From a virus, in IMG/VR virus record IMGVR_UViG_3300035698_022475, positions 1-64,000 of that record: a stretch of DNA of 64,000 nt; one strand, 5' to 3'. Positions 10,401-18,845 of this stretch are shown here, in pieces. Below the pieces are notes generated by a model. It had not been told where the DNA came from, made no database searches, and was given only the letters and a program-made list of their open reading frames with translations. A program made the translations under genes and the position numbers. The first letter of the stretch is position 1; the number at the start of each line of letters is the position of its first letter.

Positions 10401-10820
10401 CTTCTCTCGACCGGAAACGAGGCAGCATACATTAACGATTGCGCTTACGGAGTCTACTATGACGAGAAGAAAAAGATTCTTGTCTTCCTCATGGATACTA
10501 TCGATGAGTTAGTAGGCCGTCACTTCCGGCAGTATGCCGCAGGCCAATTGAAGGCCATACTGCGGCGGCACCCTCAAGCCCTTAAAGACAAAGAGATCAA
10601 GGACTCGAGGGTACTACAGCAAGCCGTTCCCTACTTTGGAGCACATACTGAACCGCGACACGTAGTCGCGATTGACGTGTCTAAGGACGTCAGTGCCGCA
10701 CGCCTACGGGCAATCGAAGAAAATAAACGAACCCAGGCCGCTGGACCCACTGCCGTAAAGGAAGAAGAGAATGCCGAAACCCAAGACGCCAGCAACTTCG
10801 ACTGGTCGGATAGAACCTGA
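7419..10820 (+). CDS. primase-helicase fusion (CHC2 Zn finger + TOPRIM + P-loop NTPase)
   Basis: 'CPNPDH..PSC..CFGC' Zn finger, TOPRIM 'LTEGEMD', Walker A GETSSGKS, Walker B LMALDEFE; start may be 7413 or 7419. Confidence 0.8.
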   Translation: MAKKPPKRKGLTRDQLWKIWAQIRPESWLELVRSFKPHLGFTFSSQGVLKGLCPNPDHADTTPSCFVHVNKGYCKCFGCEMYITDPVEFVSMIMGVAPADAVQYLQENFKFPFLSKKALKELEAQQINQEAKQAIYNASHDHMIDAVTSPAKYPAAQQAVDWLTQIRQVDPGILPALPIGILPPLADLQTSLSNQYLQALKEWKKNGQQGNEPVNLTEPVTDYLAKTVTSSTYNGSVVFPLHATPTEIGRLKFRVPSNTKKFSVPDDEYEDLLGLFGLGWSGYNDFTDPTNKITHAYLTEGEMDVLTLMARMAKSGNIDIPLYSAGGSGGAAHIEPIMKVSGIDTAYLIGDSPQKGPAGGDKVVEGWINKMPEIHSRIFTGWNALQPAGDLDEAVLNLGETKVLDILHKYATHNFTPVWKWAFERSSLEVEAIDEDDKRKRHECAARHGKYLCNKKDCDIYVDAIARAFELNERIIKREIISTEDSELGFILRCTDALREIMTVVGTRIRGSYIYLVCYNRENGRYHQFRLDDERSIAQELATIVGSVYEFVNQYVGFPSFFTLPDDTEGHEMPTLDRLLRFYVKDAIAALAPGSPDYETSPHLRQGYHRTKLKGGVFVEYVVSGPDIFAIDREEDKLQYRKLIGPSDRGLIFDVGLEDNHRDDSWYPGGLTTQSLERGRAVSAGELFKTTEEYYDIGFQFKNHETMKTFAAALPFIFSVMDAFPKPLMLFVSGETSSGKSKFVSSFTGQDTSMRDLQLFYASQYLGSYTEAGIASAANHDRRLMALDEFESDEGTRKSAAVINIFELYRPMINGEVVRARGTKSGSHYVAHLRHPVMFSAIITAQKAQDLNRVIHIEMQHVDNRASPERVLLSRFGKTAINNVARDIAVCMYPHVPELIENYDHIAEDFYRRINATLPQKVEERWASHLFPVLAFLKLIGRNWEAFFREFVIQNTRETTLTADMPISESLFRDITQHRIFEIERDQPKRSIISLLSTGNEAAYINDCAYGVYYDEKKKILVFLMDTIDELVGRHFRQYAAGQLKAILRRHPQALKDKEIKDSRVLQQAVPYFGAHTEPRHVVAIDVSKDVSAARLRAIEENKRTQAAGPTAVKEEENAETQDASNFDWSDRT

Positions 10821-13794
10821 GAAGTTTGAGTGTCAACTCTGCGGTACAAGAGCCTGGAAAGGCCCTAAATGCAAAAACTGTAAACTCCGCGAAACGGCCC
10901 ATTACACAGAAGGAGTCGGCGGCGTCCCTGGCGAAGTCGACTTTTTCTGTGTGGCCAATTCCCCGTTTCTCGCCGGACCCTCCTCCAGTCTAATAAATCA
11001 CCGTGGGTGGACCCAAGACATCGAGAAGGTTGTACGTTCAGCCTTCATCCGCACCGGGAAATTGAATCCCTCTTTCCGCGCCCTCACAGGACGCTTCACC
11101 TACGCAATCCGGTGCGAGAAGAAGAAACCCGTACTGCGCGATATTAACAGTTGTCGCCCTCTCTTTATTGAGGAGCTACTCGAATACGCGCGTCCCAATG
11201 TTCCCATCATGATCTTCGCCATGGGCGATGCCGTATTGAAATCTCTAGGACTTTCAATACGCAAGTACTCAAGTGTTCAAGAACACTTCGTCGAAGCGAA
11301 GATTGGGGATCGGGACGTGTACGTTTACGTATCCATGTCAAAGCCGCAGCTCGCAGCCAAGACGGGATACTTCGACCTATTCAAGAACCACATCGACCTC
11401 TTCCTCTCCAACGTGGCGGAAACCTCCGCAGGACGCGAAATTGAAATCGCTCCGACACTGGAGAAACTCTCCAAGGACTATGTCTTTCCCAAGACCATCA
11501 AGGAAGTAGAAAAGATCGTTGACCATATCATCAACTACACGGAGGGGGATACGGACCCTCGAAACTGGGTAATCTCAATCGATACGGAAACAAACACCAA
11601 GTTTCCTCACCGTCCCAAGCTAAAACTATTGAGTGTTGTAGTTGGATGGGGCACCGGCCTCGCCACCTCTATTCCTGTTGAACACCCGAGTACCTCCTGG
11701 ACATTCGAAGAGGTTGCTCCTCATATTCAACGACTCCTCTCGTGCCCTAAACCCAAGATACTGCACAACCTCAAGTTCGATCTCAAGGTGCTACGTAAAA
11801 AAGGGTGGGACATACGGCGCATTGCGTGGGACACCATGCTTGGAGAACATCTCCTGGTAGAGGATAAGAAGGGCTTCTATGGCCTGAAAGACCTCACCAA
11901 TACTATGCTCCCAGCGTATTCAGGTTATGAAGACACGCTCCAAGCCGCCTTGACCTTAGGAGAAGGTGCGTCGCAGCTCGCGGACTCCAAACAAAAGGAC
12001 GCTGTGAAGGAGAAGAAGAAACCCAAACTCAAAGGGGCCGCCAAAAAATTGGACGAGGATTCCAAGACTGAGGGCTTCCTGCACGTGCCTTTGACTGACC
12101 TGAACATATACGGTGCTATAGACGGGGATGTTACTCGTCAATTAGTATCTCTTCAGAGAGCCCGAGCACTGCAGGAAAACTACGCTCTCACACAGCGGAG
12201 GGCGCAGCTTGCTCGTAATATCCATTTCAGGGAGCTGGCACAGACCGGCTGCGACTTGCAGGACCCCATCACGTCGACAATGTTCCACCGGATTATCCCA
12301 ACCGCTAAGGTGTTGGCGGACATGGAGCTTTACGGCGTAAACGTAGACCAAGACTATGTGGACGAGCTGACCGTCAAAATGGGGCTGTCGTTACAGCACT
12401 CGAGAACCGAGATGCTGCCGATGATTCCTCAGGGGATAGACTTCAATCCCTCGAGCCCCCATGACCTTCGAAAGCTCCTCTTCGGCACAGGATTCAAACA
12501 CCCAGATACCGGAGAGACAATCTGTTACGCGGGTGTCGTGGAACCTCCACGAACAGAGACTGGCCTCCCGTCCACGAATGCTCAGTTCCTGCGCTCCCTG
12601 GCAACCCAACATGACTGTCCGTTGTCAAATGCCGTCCTGCGCTACCGCGCAACACACAAAGCGCTCCATACATTCGTGGCCAACATCCAAGCCCTGAGTG
12701 CTGAGGATGGGAGGATGCATACCAATTTTCACCAGCACGGAACAGCGACGTACCGTTTGTCGTCTTCGGACGAGAACATGCAGAACGTCCCGTACCGTAT
12801 CGGCGAACACAACATCAAGAAAATCTTCATCCCTTCCGAGCCTAATAACCAAGTCATCTGTAATGCCGACGCGAAGGCTGCAGAGGTGCGCGTGTACGCG
12901 GCCTACAGTCACGACCCCAACCTGATCAAGGCACTCAACGACGGCATGGACCCACACTCCTTCTTTGCTGGGATGGTGTTCAACCCGGATGTTGTACTGG
13001 AGGGTATTGATAGGTCGATGAGGAAGGTGGTGATGGACACCCTCGGAATCGACGACGAGCACTCCTGGAGCTATGACGACTTCAACAGTCGCAACAGTTT
13101 CAAGGACACCGACTCCTGGTACTCCAAGCAGTTAGACAAACTTCGGAAGAACATCAAACGCGTGGTCTTTGGTATCCTCTACGGAGCGAGTAAGTTCAAG
13201 ATTTCGAGCATCGTTGGAATCTCTCATGAGCAGGCACAGGCCATCATCGACTTGCTGGAGAAGATGTTCCCATCTATTCCACACTACGTGAGCACCACCA
13301 AAGACCAGGTTCGGCATATCGGTGTGGTCGAGACCTTCTTGGGACGGCGTCGCCGTTTCGACATGCGAGGACTCACAGGCTACATGCGTAGCAAGGCAGA
13401 ACGCCAGGCGGTGAACTTCAAGATTCAATCCACATCATCAGACCTCGTACTGGAGGTACTCTGTGAAGTAGCTGAGCCTATTCGGCACGATTTCGGAGGA
13501 CACCTCCTGATCACAGTACACGACTCCGTTGTTGCGGAAATACCTTCCAAGTATATCTCGCAACTCCCCGAATTCTTCGAGGAGTACGGCGTCAAGCGCG
13601 TAGCTAAGCGACACCCCTGGCTTCCAGTTCCATTCCAGTGGGACGTAGAGGTTGGCCCCTCGTACGGAGAGGTCATCGATATTCAGGAGTACATGACCCA
13701 GAACGACATCGCACGTTATGCTCGTGAGGATCCTGACGACTACCTAGAGCAGGACATCAAGGCGGACTTCGAGAAAGAAGTTGCCATAAGTTAA
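10771..13794 (+). CDS. polA: family A DNA polymerase with N-terminal UDG-like domain and 3'-5' exonuclease
   Basis: Exo I 'SIDTET', Exo II 'HNLKFD', Exo III 'YGAID'; 'TYRLSS..NMQN', motif A 'DAKAAEVR', motif B 'RKNIKRVVFGILYG', motif C 'VHDS'. Confidence 0.92.
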   Translation: MPKPKTPATSTGRIEPEKFECQLCGTRAWKGPKCKNCKLRETAHYTEGVGGVPGEVDFFCVANSPFLAGPSSSLINHRGWTQDIEKVVRSAFIRTGKLNPSFRALTGRFTYAIRCEKKKPVLRDINSCRPLFIEELLEYARPNVPIMIFAMGDAVLKSLGLSIRKYSSVQEHFVEAKIGDRDVYVYVSMSKPQLAAKTGYFDLFKNHIDLFLSNVAETSAGREIEIAPTLEKLSKDYVFPKTIKEVEKIVDHIINYTEGDTDPRNWVISIDTETNTKFPHRPKLKLLSVVVGWGTGLATSIPVEHPSTSWTFEEVAPHIQRLLSCPKPKILHNLKFDLKVLRKKGWDIRRIAWDTMLGEHLLVEDKKGFYGLKDLTNTMLPAYSGYEDTLQAALTLGEGASQLADSKQKDAVKEKKKPKLKGAAKKLDEDSKTEGFLHVPLTDLNIYGAIDGDVTRQLVSLQRARALQENYALTQRRAQLARNIHFRELAQTGCDLQDPITSTMFHRIIPTAKVLADMELYGVNVDQDYVDELTVKMGLSLQHSRTEMLPMIPQGIDFNPSSPHDLRKLLFGTGFKHPDTGETICYAGVVEPPRTETGLPSTNAQFLRSLATQHDCPLSNAVLRYRATHKALHTFVANIQALSAEDGRMHTNFHQHGTATYRLSSSDENMQNVPYRIGEHNIKKIFIPSEPNNQVICNADAKAAEVRVYAAYSHDPNLIKALNDGMDPHSFFAGMVFNPDVVLEGIDRSMRKVVMDTLGIDDEHSWSYDDFNSRNSFKDTDSWYSKQLDKLRKNIKRVVFGILYGASKFKISSIVGISHEQAQAIIDLLEKMFPSIPHYVSTTKDQVRHIGVVETFLGRRRRFDMRGLTGYMRSKAERQAVNFKIQSTSSDLVLEVLCEVAEPIRHDFGGHLLITVHDSVVAEIPSKYISQLPEFFEEYGVKRVAKRHPWLPVPFQWDVEVGPSYGEVIDIQEYMTQNDIARYAREDPDDYLEQDIKADFEKEVAIS

Positions 13795-13803
13795 TGGTAT
13801 AAG
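13795..13803 (+). promoter_or_regulatory. extended -10-like promoter TGGTATAAG
   Basis: directly after the polymerase stop, pointing into the structured intergenic region; identical motif at 58528 upstream of UDG. Confidence 0.5.
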
Positions 13804-13809
13804 TTTTGG

Positions 13810-14153
13810 AATCTCTACCGGGAATTTCGCCTACTGTCGAAAGTCGAAATATCAAAGCGGACAAATGCCGGAGCTTCTCTTATTGAGACGCAGAGGATGT
13901 TACATCCTTGTTATTGCTACGTGGTCGCCCGGCCGTTCGGAACCGCAGCTTCCGAACGACATCGCACTTAGCGGCATGGTTCGCGTCACACTGCCCAGTC
14001 GGGCCTTGCGGCCTTTCCTTAACGCAGTGTTACCCGGACACTCAGCGGCATTTCGGAAGTTAGCGCCGGACGGGAGTCGCACGTACCGGTTTTGGCCGAC
14101 GCCTTCACCGAGTACGCCGACAGCCGTTCCGGCCCTAAACTTAGCGGCATTAA
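13810..14153 (+). ncRNA. putative retron-like ncRNA: one msr-like unit plus three tandem msd-like hairpin cassettes
   Basis: 5' arm AAATGCCG (13863-13870) + G13871; stem-loops 13873-13891 and 13894-13908; long hairpins 13921-13965, 13979-14039 and 14060-14138, each followed by ACTYAGCGGCAT; G-U pairs favour the + strand; ends approximate. Confidence 0.6.
13966..14150 (+). repeat. three 12-nt direct repeats ACTYAGCGGCAT (13966-13977, 14040-14051, 14139-14150)
   Basis: read directly from the sequence; separated by 62- and 87-nt unique, self-complementary spacers. Confidence 0.9.
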
Positions 14154-15769
14154 TGCTGGTAGAACTTTGTATCCCCGATAGCGATTTTGTGAGCGACCCA
14201 CCCGAACAGGCCTGCGTGAAGACAATCATCAGGCTTGTGCGGGGAGTGTCGCCACACTTTTTTTCCGTGCTGGGTAACTTCCTCGTACTCGTTGAGTATG
14301 TCCTCTATTGCCATCTTCATCTGACTCTCCGGAGCGAACTCAACAGCTTTGTTTTTGAGCAGCATGAAGTAGTTATCGATCAGCGTAGTGCGGTCGCCCA
14401 GATACCGGTCCTCGCCGTTCCACTTGAGAGCACGAGCATAGCTTCCGTATTGTACTTGTTGTACTCGGTGGGGCTCCAGGTAACGGCGCAAAAGTCCGTT
14501 AGCAACAGCGCCTTCTCCGGCATCTCCAACAGCCATCTGAACGTTGTAAGCCAGGCATGTCTTGGCAATTTCCTCTACGGCATGGACTGGATTCTTTCCG
14601 GGATAAATCTTGTAGAAGAGAGTGACGAGTTTCTGATCATTGGGGCGGAAACCCCAGATCCAGAGAACAGTACGAGACAGGCCAGAGGCTCCTCCTCCAG
14701 ACCAGTCAATGCCTGCTACGGCACTCGTCACATTAAGGAAGTGCCCCGATACTGGCTTCTCTTTGATATTAACTCCGACGCAAAGTTCCTGGAGTTCTTC
14801 GAGAGAAATCATCCGAGTACCGATGGCGTCAGAGACTCCGAGCACTTCGTTCCTGAACAGGGAAGGAGGACTCTCTTCGTACTTTCGAAGGATTCGATAC
14901 CACCGCTTCAGCGCGCGTTCGTAGTCGGCACCGCCTCGCTGCTTCATGGCCTCAGGAACATTCTTGGGCATAATGAGCTGGGAAATATGAAAGCCCTTGA
15001 GCTTCTGTGACGGGTCAGGGTATCGCGTAGGGTCCGGAGGAGAGAGGTCTATCCAGCGACCACTAAACGGATTGAGGTACTTCCCACACTTCACACAGAT
15101 GGGACCAAGTTTGCCAATGGAGCGTTCGTCGTCGATGTACTGATGGCAGCCACACCCTTCACACTTCATTACCCATTCAGTTTGCGTGGACATATCCCAC
15201 AGATACTGAATGGTATTTTCCATCGTTTTTGGGGTACCAGCATATGTCTCGTACCCGTAATTGGATTCTGACATACACTCGTTGCCGACGATAATGACAG
15301 GATCGTACAGGATGTCCTGAACCTCGTCGTAGAGGTTCCGGTCAGCCGAGATCCCACGCAAGCGGTCGGGGTCATCACAAGCATACGTAAAGTACATCTC
15401 CGCACCGTTGCGGAACTGTTTGTGCCCCATTCGGTAGGAAAGGTCAGCGTGCAAAAAACCGTCCTTGATAACCGGGGAGTACGTCATCGTCTTAGAGATA
15501 CGAGCGTTCGAGAAGCGCACCGTCTGCTCCTTAGAAGGACTCACAAACATGGTTCGAAAGTGAGGTAGAACCGCACATTCGATAATACTGAAGTGTGCTA
15601 GTGTAGTACTCTTGGCTACCTGGCGAGCCGTCTTCATCAGGATTCTACGATAACGGCCGTCATAAAAGGCCCTATGCATAGGCCAATCCCGCAAGTCAAA
15701 CGGCTTGCCATCAAGTAGGAGCCATCTCTCAGCAATAACAGAGAGAGGTTTTTTAGGTATTTTAGTCAC
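14150..15769 (-). CDS. terL: terminase large subunit
   Basis: Walker A-like 'KTARQVAKST', Walker B 'NLYDEVQD', 'AGTPK', CxxC..CxxC, RNase H-like 'AGIDW', C-terminal 'PDDCLHA'; start placed at GTG 15769 (uncertain). Confidence 0.88.
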   Translation of the reverse strand: MTKIPKKPLSVIAERWLLLDGKPFDLRDWPMHRAFYDGRYRRILMKTARQVAKSTTLAHFSIIECAVLPHFRTMFVSPSKEQTVRFSNARISKTMTYSPVIKDGFLHADLSYRMGHKQFRNGAEMYFTYACDDPDRLRGISADRNLYDEVQDILYDPVIIVGNECMSESNYGYETYAGTPKTMENTIQYLWDMSTQTEWVMKCEGCGCHQYIDDERSIGKLGPICVKCGKYLNPFSGRWIDLSPPDPTRYPDPSQKLKGFHISQLIMPKNVPEAMKQRGGADYERALKRWYRILRKYEESPPSLFRNEVLGVSDAIGTRMISLEELQELCVGVNIKEKPVSGHFLNVTSAVAGIDWSGGGASGLSRTVLWIWGFRPNDQKLVTLFYKIYPGKNPVHAVEEIAKTCLAYNVQMAVGDAGEGAVANGLLRRYLEPHRVQQVQYGSYARALKWNGEDRYLGDRTTLIDNYFMLLKNKAVEFAPESQMKMAIEDILNEYEEVTQHGKKVWRHSPHKPDDCLHAGLFGWVAHKIAIGDTKFYQH

Positions 15770-15798
15770 CAGAAACAATATAACGAACGAGGAGACGC

Positions 15799-17046
15799 AT
15801 GGCAAAAGGAAAAAAGAATGAGGAAGGACTTAAATATCCTCAGTTACACGACATTCCACAGGTATCCATCGCAGATGCGAAAGAACAATTGCTTCTTTCG
15901 TGGAAGATGAAGCAGCACCGCGGCGCGTTTATGCTTGTAGGAGAAGCAGGCATGGGCAAAAGCCAAGTGGTGCATCAGGTAGCTCACGAAGTAGGTGCGC
16001 GAGTCTGTGACATCCGAACTGCACACTACGGTTTGATGGGCGCCGGCATTCCGTCCACCAAGGAAGCAAAGATTGGATTCTTCAAGACACTGCTGCCCGA
16101 GAACTTTCCCGAGAGCGACGAGCGTGCCATGCTGGTCTTCGATGAGCTGAACCAAGGATTGCCCCACGCAATCTCAATGTTCTTCAGCTTGATCGAAGAT
16201 CGGCGCATGTTCGACTACGTCCTTCCCAAAGACTGCTTGGTTGTGGGAATGATGAACCCCGCCACAGACAAGTACAGCGTAACGCAAATCGAGACAAACG
16301 CGGCGCTGAGAAGACGGCTCAAGTGGCTCTACTGCATTCCGTCATACGACGCATGGTACCCGCACGCCAAGTCCACAATGTTCCACTTCAGCGATCAGCA
16401 GTCCCTTGGGGAAGCTCTTCCCTGTCATCCGGACATCCTGGGGTTCCTGGAAACATTCCCAAAGCTCCTTTACGACATGGATGCACAGCGCGTAAACAAG
16501 CAATACATTTGCCCCGCCACCATACAGACCATCTCGCTGGATGCATACCTGATGGAGCGTGCTGAGATAGATCTGACGGGCCGCTTCGCAGAAACACGGT
16601 TCTCGGCTTCCATCGGACGTACGGTAGCCAAACAACTCGTGGACCATCTCGACGATTCCACACTGAACATCAGGCCCGACGCCGTGCTGACTGCTTACAA
16701 GGGTGAGACACGGAAAGGCGTCAAAAAGCTCATCAAGAAGGACCGCACCAAGCTGCTCGACCTGGGCTACGGAATCCTCACTATCCTGTTCGCGAAGAAG
16801 ACGAAGGTCAACAAGATTGCCAAGAACTTCGTCACCTTCCTCGGGGATCTTCCCCCTGAGGTGGTCACTCAGATACACACCACGCTCAACCAGATGGCAG
16901 CAGAAGCCAATGCGGAGGAGTACCTCGAAGAATTGATGTACGAGATGGCCGAATATCCTACCTGGCGTGAGGTACACTTGAAGATCGATACGAACACGCG
17001 CAACGTGGACGATGATCTCGAGTCCGACTACAAATCTAAACAGTAA
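15799..17046 (+). CDS. MoxR-like AAA+ ATPase
   Basis: Walker A GEAGMGKS, Walker B LVFDELN, 'MMNP', Arg finger 'ALRRR'; GAGGAG RBS. Confidence 0.85.
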   Translation: MAKGKKNEEGLKYPQLHDIPQVSIADAKEQLLLSWKMKQHRGAFMLVGEAGMGKSQVVHQVAHEVGARVCDIRTAHYGLMGAGIPSTKEAKIGFFKTLLPENFPESDERAMLVFDELNQGLPHAISMFFSLIEDRRMFDYVLPKDCLVVGMMNPATDKYSVTQIETNAALRRRLKWLYCIPSYDAWYPHAKSTMFHFSDQQSLGEALPCHPDILGFLETFPKLLYDMDAQRVNKQYICPATIQTISLDAYLMERAEIDLTGRFAETRFSASIGRTVAKQLVDHLDDSTLNIRPDAVLTAYKGETRKGVKKLIKKDRTKLLDLGYGILTILFAKKTKVNKIAKNFVTFLGDLPPEVVTQIHTTLNQMAAEANAEEYLEELMYEMAEYPTWREVHLKIDTNTRNVDDDLESDYKSKQ

Positions 17047-17782
17047 ATGGACTGATATCCTTGGCCAAGGATTCAGCACGTTCCTCAACGAAGAGCTTAC
17101 AACCTGCAAGATAGGCTAATTGAACTCCGAGGGGATTCTCCGGGAACTTACGTTCCTGGAGGTCCTCTTTTTTGACTTGGGCCCAGGAGTTAACTACTTG
17201 CGCGGCGAACTCCCGTGCTGCCTTAGGGTATTGATACTGCAGCGCATCTCGCGCATACGTGAGTTGCTCCGGAGGAACAACAAACCCATCACGCTTCAAA
17301 CAAACTGCAGTGTAGGACTGCACATCCTCGTCGTAATCGGGGGTCACAGGAACATCCAAGTCGAATCCGCGAATCACGGATGCCTCGTACACCGCCCAGC
17401 ATTGGTCTGATGGTGCAACTTCCTGAAGCGCCTCAGGGTCGAATGGTTCCCCGTTAAGGGCTTGTGCAGTGCATTGGAATACCAGGCTATCCCAGTAGAA
17501 CGCCGGATTGACGATAAGCGTAATGGCCGCCTGTAGTTTATTGCGGGCCGCCTCACTCAAGTCAATGCCTTCTGCGCGCTCCAGTGTAAGCCAGATAGTC
17601 TCTGGTTCCCACGCAGTAATTTGAACTCCAAAAACAGTCCTCGCAGCAAGGTAAATCGCGGTAGCACATCGCTCATCCGCGGTACGTAGAATCTCCCGAG
17701 CGTGAGAGTCCCTCGAAGCTGTCTTCACGAGCATCTGTTCAGATAGCTGGGGGGCCAGCGCTGGGAGAGTGTCGAGGTTCAT
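17036..17782 (-). CDS. hypothetical protein (probable virion/head-associated)
   Basis: 248-aa ORF coupled to the upstream gene on the structural-gene strand. Confidence 0.65.
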   Translation of the reverse strand: MNLDTLPALAPQLSEQMLVKTASRDSHAREILRTADERCATAIYLAARTVFGVQITAWEPETIWLTLERAEGIDLSEAARNKLQAAITLIVNPAFYWDSLVFQCTAQALNGEPFDPEALQEVAPSDQCWAVYEASVIRGFDLDVPVTPDYDEDVQSYTAVCLKRDGFVVPPEQLTYARDALQYQYPKAAREFAAQVVNSWAQVKKEDLQERKFPENPLGVQLAYLAGCKLFVEERAESLAKDISPFTV

Positions 17783-18780
17783 GCGAGATGCGCGAGTTGT
17801 CTCTGGGCGACAATCGCCAGGTCCTGAGGAAGGGTCGGTAGGATCGGAGCAATCTTGTCGATGTCCGGTTCTCCGTCCGTTGAGATTTCCTTGGCCACAT
17901 CATCTCCCAAAAGACTCTGCCAGAAGGAGAGAGGGAGCGCCGAGAGCTTGGCCTTGTCGAGCATCAGGCTCCCTATCATGATCTGGTCGGCGGCAATCTT
18001 CTCAGTATTGAAGACCGTCTGGAGCGGATCAGGCAAGGACTTACCGTAGTACTTGTCCACTCCGGTCTTGGTATCCAGTTCGTCGATGAGCGCCGCGAGC
18101 TTCATCTGGGCCGGCCGGTCCGTGATGTACGGGGACGAACCCTTATAGGCAGCGGCCAATTTAGCATAAGCTCCTGCCGCGCTCGCCTCAAGCTGCTCTG
18201 CAGCAACCTGGCGAGCCTCTATCCAGTCAACAAGTTGCTGGGTACTGGTGACCGTAAAGCCCGCAAGTTTTTGGGTAGAAGGCTGTAACGGAACCTCAAA
18301 GTGGTTTGCCACTTTTCCGAGATTCGTGAACGCCTCGGCTCGCTCCTGTGGAGTAAGCTGGGCATACTTTCGAAGCAACGCTTTCTCAGCAAACCCTACG
18401 TCGTCTTTCGAGGCAACCCGGAAGCGCCCACTTTCCAGCAGGAAAAACTCGTCTGAAGCTACCTTCACTTCTTCTGGCTCATCGAACAATCCGGTACCGG
18501 TATCGATGCCATAAGCGATAGCAGCCTTCTTTAGTTTCTCATCTACCTCGGCGGGGACAGCACTCGCAACCTTACGGTAGCCCATGGAGATTGCGGTATG
18601 AGCCCGGTTATGAATCGGGAACTTCCTCCGGCTCTCCCATGCAAATGCGGACGCTGGGAGACCTGTGAATTCACTTTCGTCCAGCTCCGCGGTTTTGGCC
18701 ATTTCTTGGAGGCCTGGAAATCTTCGGGCCACAGCCATGAGAGTTCCGAAGCCGGGATCATTTGTTTGGTCGATGGTCAT
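17779..18780 (-). CDS. hypothetical protein rich in K-x-A motifs (probable head protein)
   Basis: 333-aa ORF, GGGGTG RBS; repeated KTA/KVA/KLA/KIA. Confidence 0.65.
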   Translation of the reverse strand: MTIDQTNDPGFGTLMAVARRFPGLQEMAKTAELDESEFTGLPASAFAWESRRKFPIHNRAHTAISMGYRKVASAVPAEVDEKLKKAAIAYGIDTGTGLFDEPEEVKVASDEFFLLESGRFRVASKDDVGFAEKALLRKYAQLTPQERAEAFTNLGKVANHFEVPLQPSTQKLAGFTVTSTQQLVDWIEARQVAAEQLEASAAGAYAKLAAAYKGSSPYITDRPAQMKLAALIDELDTKTGVDKYYGKSLPDPLQTVFNTEKIAADQIMIGSLMLDKAKLSALPLSFWQSLLGDDVAKEISTDGEPDIDKIAPILPTLPQDLAIVAQRQLAHLA

Positions 18781-18800
18781 ACATCACCCCTAATTCAAAA

Positions 18801-18817
18801 AGGCGTGTAACACGCCT
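18801..18817. promoter_or_regulatory. perfect inverted repeat AGGCGTGT-A-ACACGCCT (operator-like)
   Basis: 8-bp arms with a 1-nt centre in the divergent region upstream of the VWA-RT operon. Confidence 0.5.
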
Positions 18818-18845
18818 GAATAAGTATAGTCACAAGGAGGCAACA

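Noticed and set aside
13921-14138. Hairpins as simple convergent terminators or a tRNA cluster
   Set aside because: No U-tracts after the stems, no cloverleaf or T-loop consensus, and neither explains the repeats complementary to a single upstream arm; an origin or packaging-site role is not fully excluded
13966-14150. Repeat array as a mini-CRISPR
   Set aside because: Repeats are only 12 nt and non-palindromic, spacers are long (62 and 87 nt), unequal and self-complementary, and no cas1/cas2 or effector is present
13865-15010. 381-aa + strand ORF covering the ncRNA region
   Set aside because: Mostly antisense to terL, with no RBS or recognisable motifs; the region is better explained by RNA structure
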